NCBI RefSeq assembly: GCF_006345805.1
Contig: NC_042999.1
Coordinates: forward strand, 107,136,001 to 107,200,000
Length of the DNA stretch: 64,000 nt
Source: Octopus sinensis
Taxonomy: Eukaryota
Direction of reading: 5' to 3'
Under the pieces are notes generated by a model. The model did not search any database, was not told the origin of the DNA, and saw only the letters and a program-made list of their open reading frames with translations. Made by a program: the position numbers and the translations under genes. Below, in pieces: positions 62,201 through 64,000 of the stretch (position 1 is the stretch's first letter; every line of letters starts with the position of its first letter).

Positions 62201-63769
62201 ATTACGGAGGAATTCAAGACAGGTTGCCCCTGGGAGCTCCTATATGCTGACGACCTTGCTCTTATTGCTGAGTCACTATCAGAACTGGAGGAGAAGTTCC
62301 AGGTGTGGAAAGAGGGTCTAGAATCGAAGGGCCTTAGAGTCAACCTAGCTAAAACCAAAGTACTAATAAGTAGGAAGGTAGACAATCCACAAATGTCTTC
62401 AGGAAAATGGCCCTGCTCGATCTGTAGAAAAGGTGTAGGTAGAAACTCTATAAGATGTACCCAGTGTAAGCTATGGACACATAAGAGGTGCAGCAATGTC
62501 AAAGGAAAGCTAACTGGGAAGATAGTTTTTGTATGTGGCAGATGCTCGGGAGCATTAACCTCTGAAAATCTGCAGAAAACAACTTCCATCACTTCCGTTA
62601 TCTTGGTGATCAAGTCAGTAGTGTGGGTGGGTGTGCTGAAAGTGTAACGGCTAGAGTAAGAATAGCTTGGGCAAAGTTTAGGGAGCTTTTACCTCTGCTG
62701 GTGACTAAAGGCCTCTCGCTCAGAGTAAAAGGCAGACTGTATGATGCATGTGTATGAACAGCCATGCTACATGGCAGTGAAACATGGCTGTGACTGCTGA
62801 GGACATGCGTAAGCTCGTGAGAAATGAAGCCAGTATGCTCCGATGGATGTGTAATGTCAGTGTGCATGCTCGACAGAGCGTTAGTACCCTGAGAGAAATG
62901 TTGGACCATCTCTTGCACACCATCAGTTGTGGTGTGCAAGAGAGACGATTGCGCTGGTATGGTCATGTGGCGAGAATGGATGAAGATAGGTGTGTGAAAA
63001 AGTGCCAATCCCTAGCAGTGGAGGGAACCCGTGGAAGAGGTAGACCCAGGAAAACTTGGGACGAGGTGGTGAAGCACGACCTTCGAACTTTAGGTCTCAC
63101 TGAGGAAATGACCAGCGACCGAGACCTTTGGAAATATACTGTGCATGAAAAGACCAGGCAAGACAAGTGAGTCCAGCCCACTTATACATGCCTTTCCTCC
63201 CTTGGACGCACAAAGACCTGTTGAGGCAAGCGAAGTCGATATCGAACCTCATCCGACGACAGGCACCTATGCCCACCCCACTTTGCTTGCGAAGACCTGT
63301 TGGGGCAAGTGAAATCGAAATTGAACCAATCCTATGACTGGCACCCGGCAGATGCCAGGACCCCTGGACTGGAGATACGTAAAAAGCACAATCTGAATCG
63401 TGGCCGATGCCAGCGTCGCCTTGACTGGCTTCCGTGTCCGTGGCACGTAAAAAGCACCATCCGAATCGTGGCCGAAGCCAGTGCCGCCTCGACTGGCTTC
63501 TGTGCAGGTGGCACGTAAAATGCACCAATCCGACCGTGGCCGATGCCAGCCTCGCCTGGCACCAGTGCAGGTGGCACGTAAAAAGCACCCACTACACTCA
63601 CGGAGTGGTTGGTGTTAGGAAGGGCATCCAGCTGTAGAAACATTGCCAGATAAGACCGGAGCCTGGTGCAGCCTTCTGGCTTCCCAGATCTCCGGTTGAA
63701 CCGTCCAACCCATGCTAGCATGGAGAACGGACGTTAAACGATGATGATGATGAGGATGATGATGATGAT
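59251..63769 (+). mobile_element. RTE-clade LINE copy B with the same upstream block, inactive
   Basis: ORFs 60123..60395, 60281..62647 and 62784..63170. YADD and the PHD His are intact, but it has the same 43-nt deletion and INYI, plus HQVSVLSP, QFVFMPG and a deletion near 62595. Its 3'UTR differs from copy A. Confidence 0.95.
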
Positions 63770-64000
63770 TAATCAGTACAAACATTTGAGTAAATTTCTT
63801 TAGCTTACTTCTGACAATTAATATTTTAATTAAACACATTGTTATTATGATTGTAAATAGTTATGTTCTCTGTATAAGGACACAATATATTTGTGTGATA
63901 ACTTGAAATTATACTATACACCTATTAATCGTCAGTGTTAATTTCTAAGTCATCATGCGACTGCTACAAAGTATATTTCCTGTCTCCATCTGGTTGAGAC

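Overview
AT-rich (by eye), microsatellite-dense eukaryotic DNA that is almost entirely repeats. The SINE and RTE-LINE families look like those of an octopus or other coleoid cephalopod; this is pattern recognition, not a database result. I found no convincing host protein-coding gene. Most of the ORF track is microsatellite or antisense-TE noise. Best-supported features: one intact-looking tRNA-Asp(GTC) at 56450-56521 (-); two near-full-length but inactivated RTE-clade LINEs at 37163-41730 and 59251-63769, each with an APE endonuclease, RT and a PHD-like finger; a piggyBac with both ends and TTAA TSDs at 10577-12921; three Tc1/mariner-superfamily relics; REL-endonuclease (R4/Dong-like) LINE 3' ends; Penelope-like remnants; a Gypsy-type solo LTR nested in a hAT MITE nested in a mariner; and at least four SINE families. 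Most interesting observations: (1) minimal type I hammerhead ribozyme motifs at 9268-9348, 10221-10268 and 22444-22521; (2) the two RTE copies are about 99.6% identical over their first ~1.3 kb, share a 43-nt catalytic deletion, then diverge, which suggests a recombinant or gene-conversion origin; (3) a tRNA-Asp whose Pol III terminator appears to be replaced by a SINE; (4) local inverted duplications ending at (TA)n tracts. I see no evidence for a wholly new biological system. Coordinates were counted by hand, and the edges of degenerate repeats are approximate.
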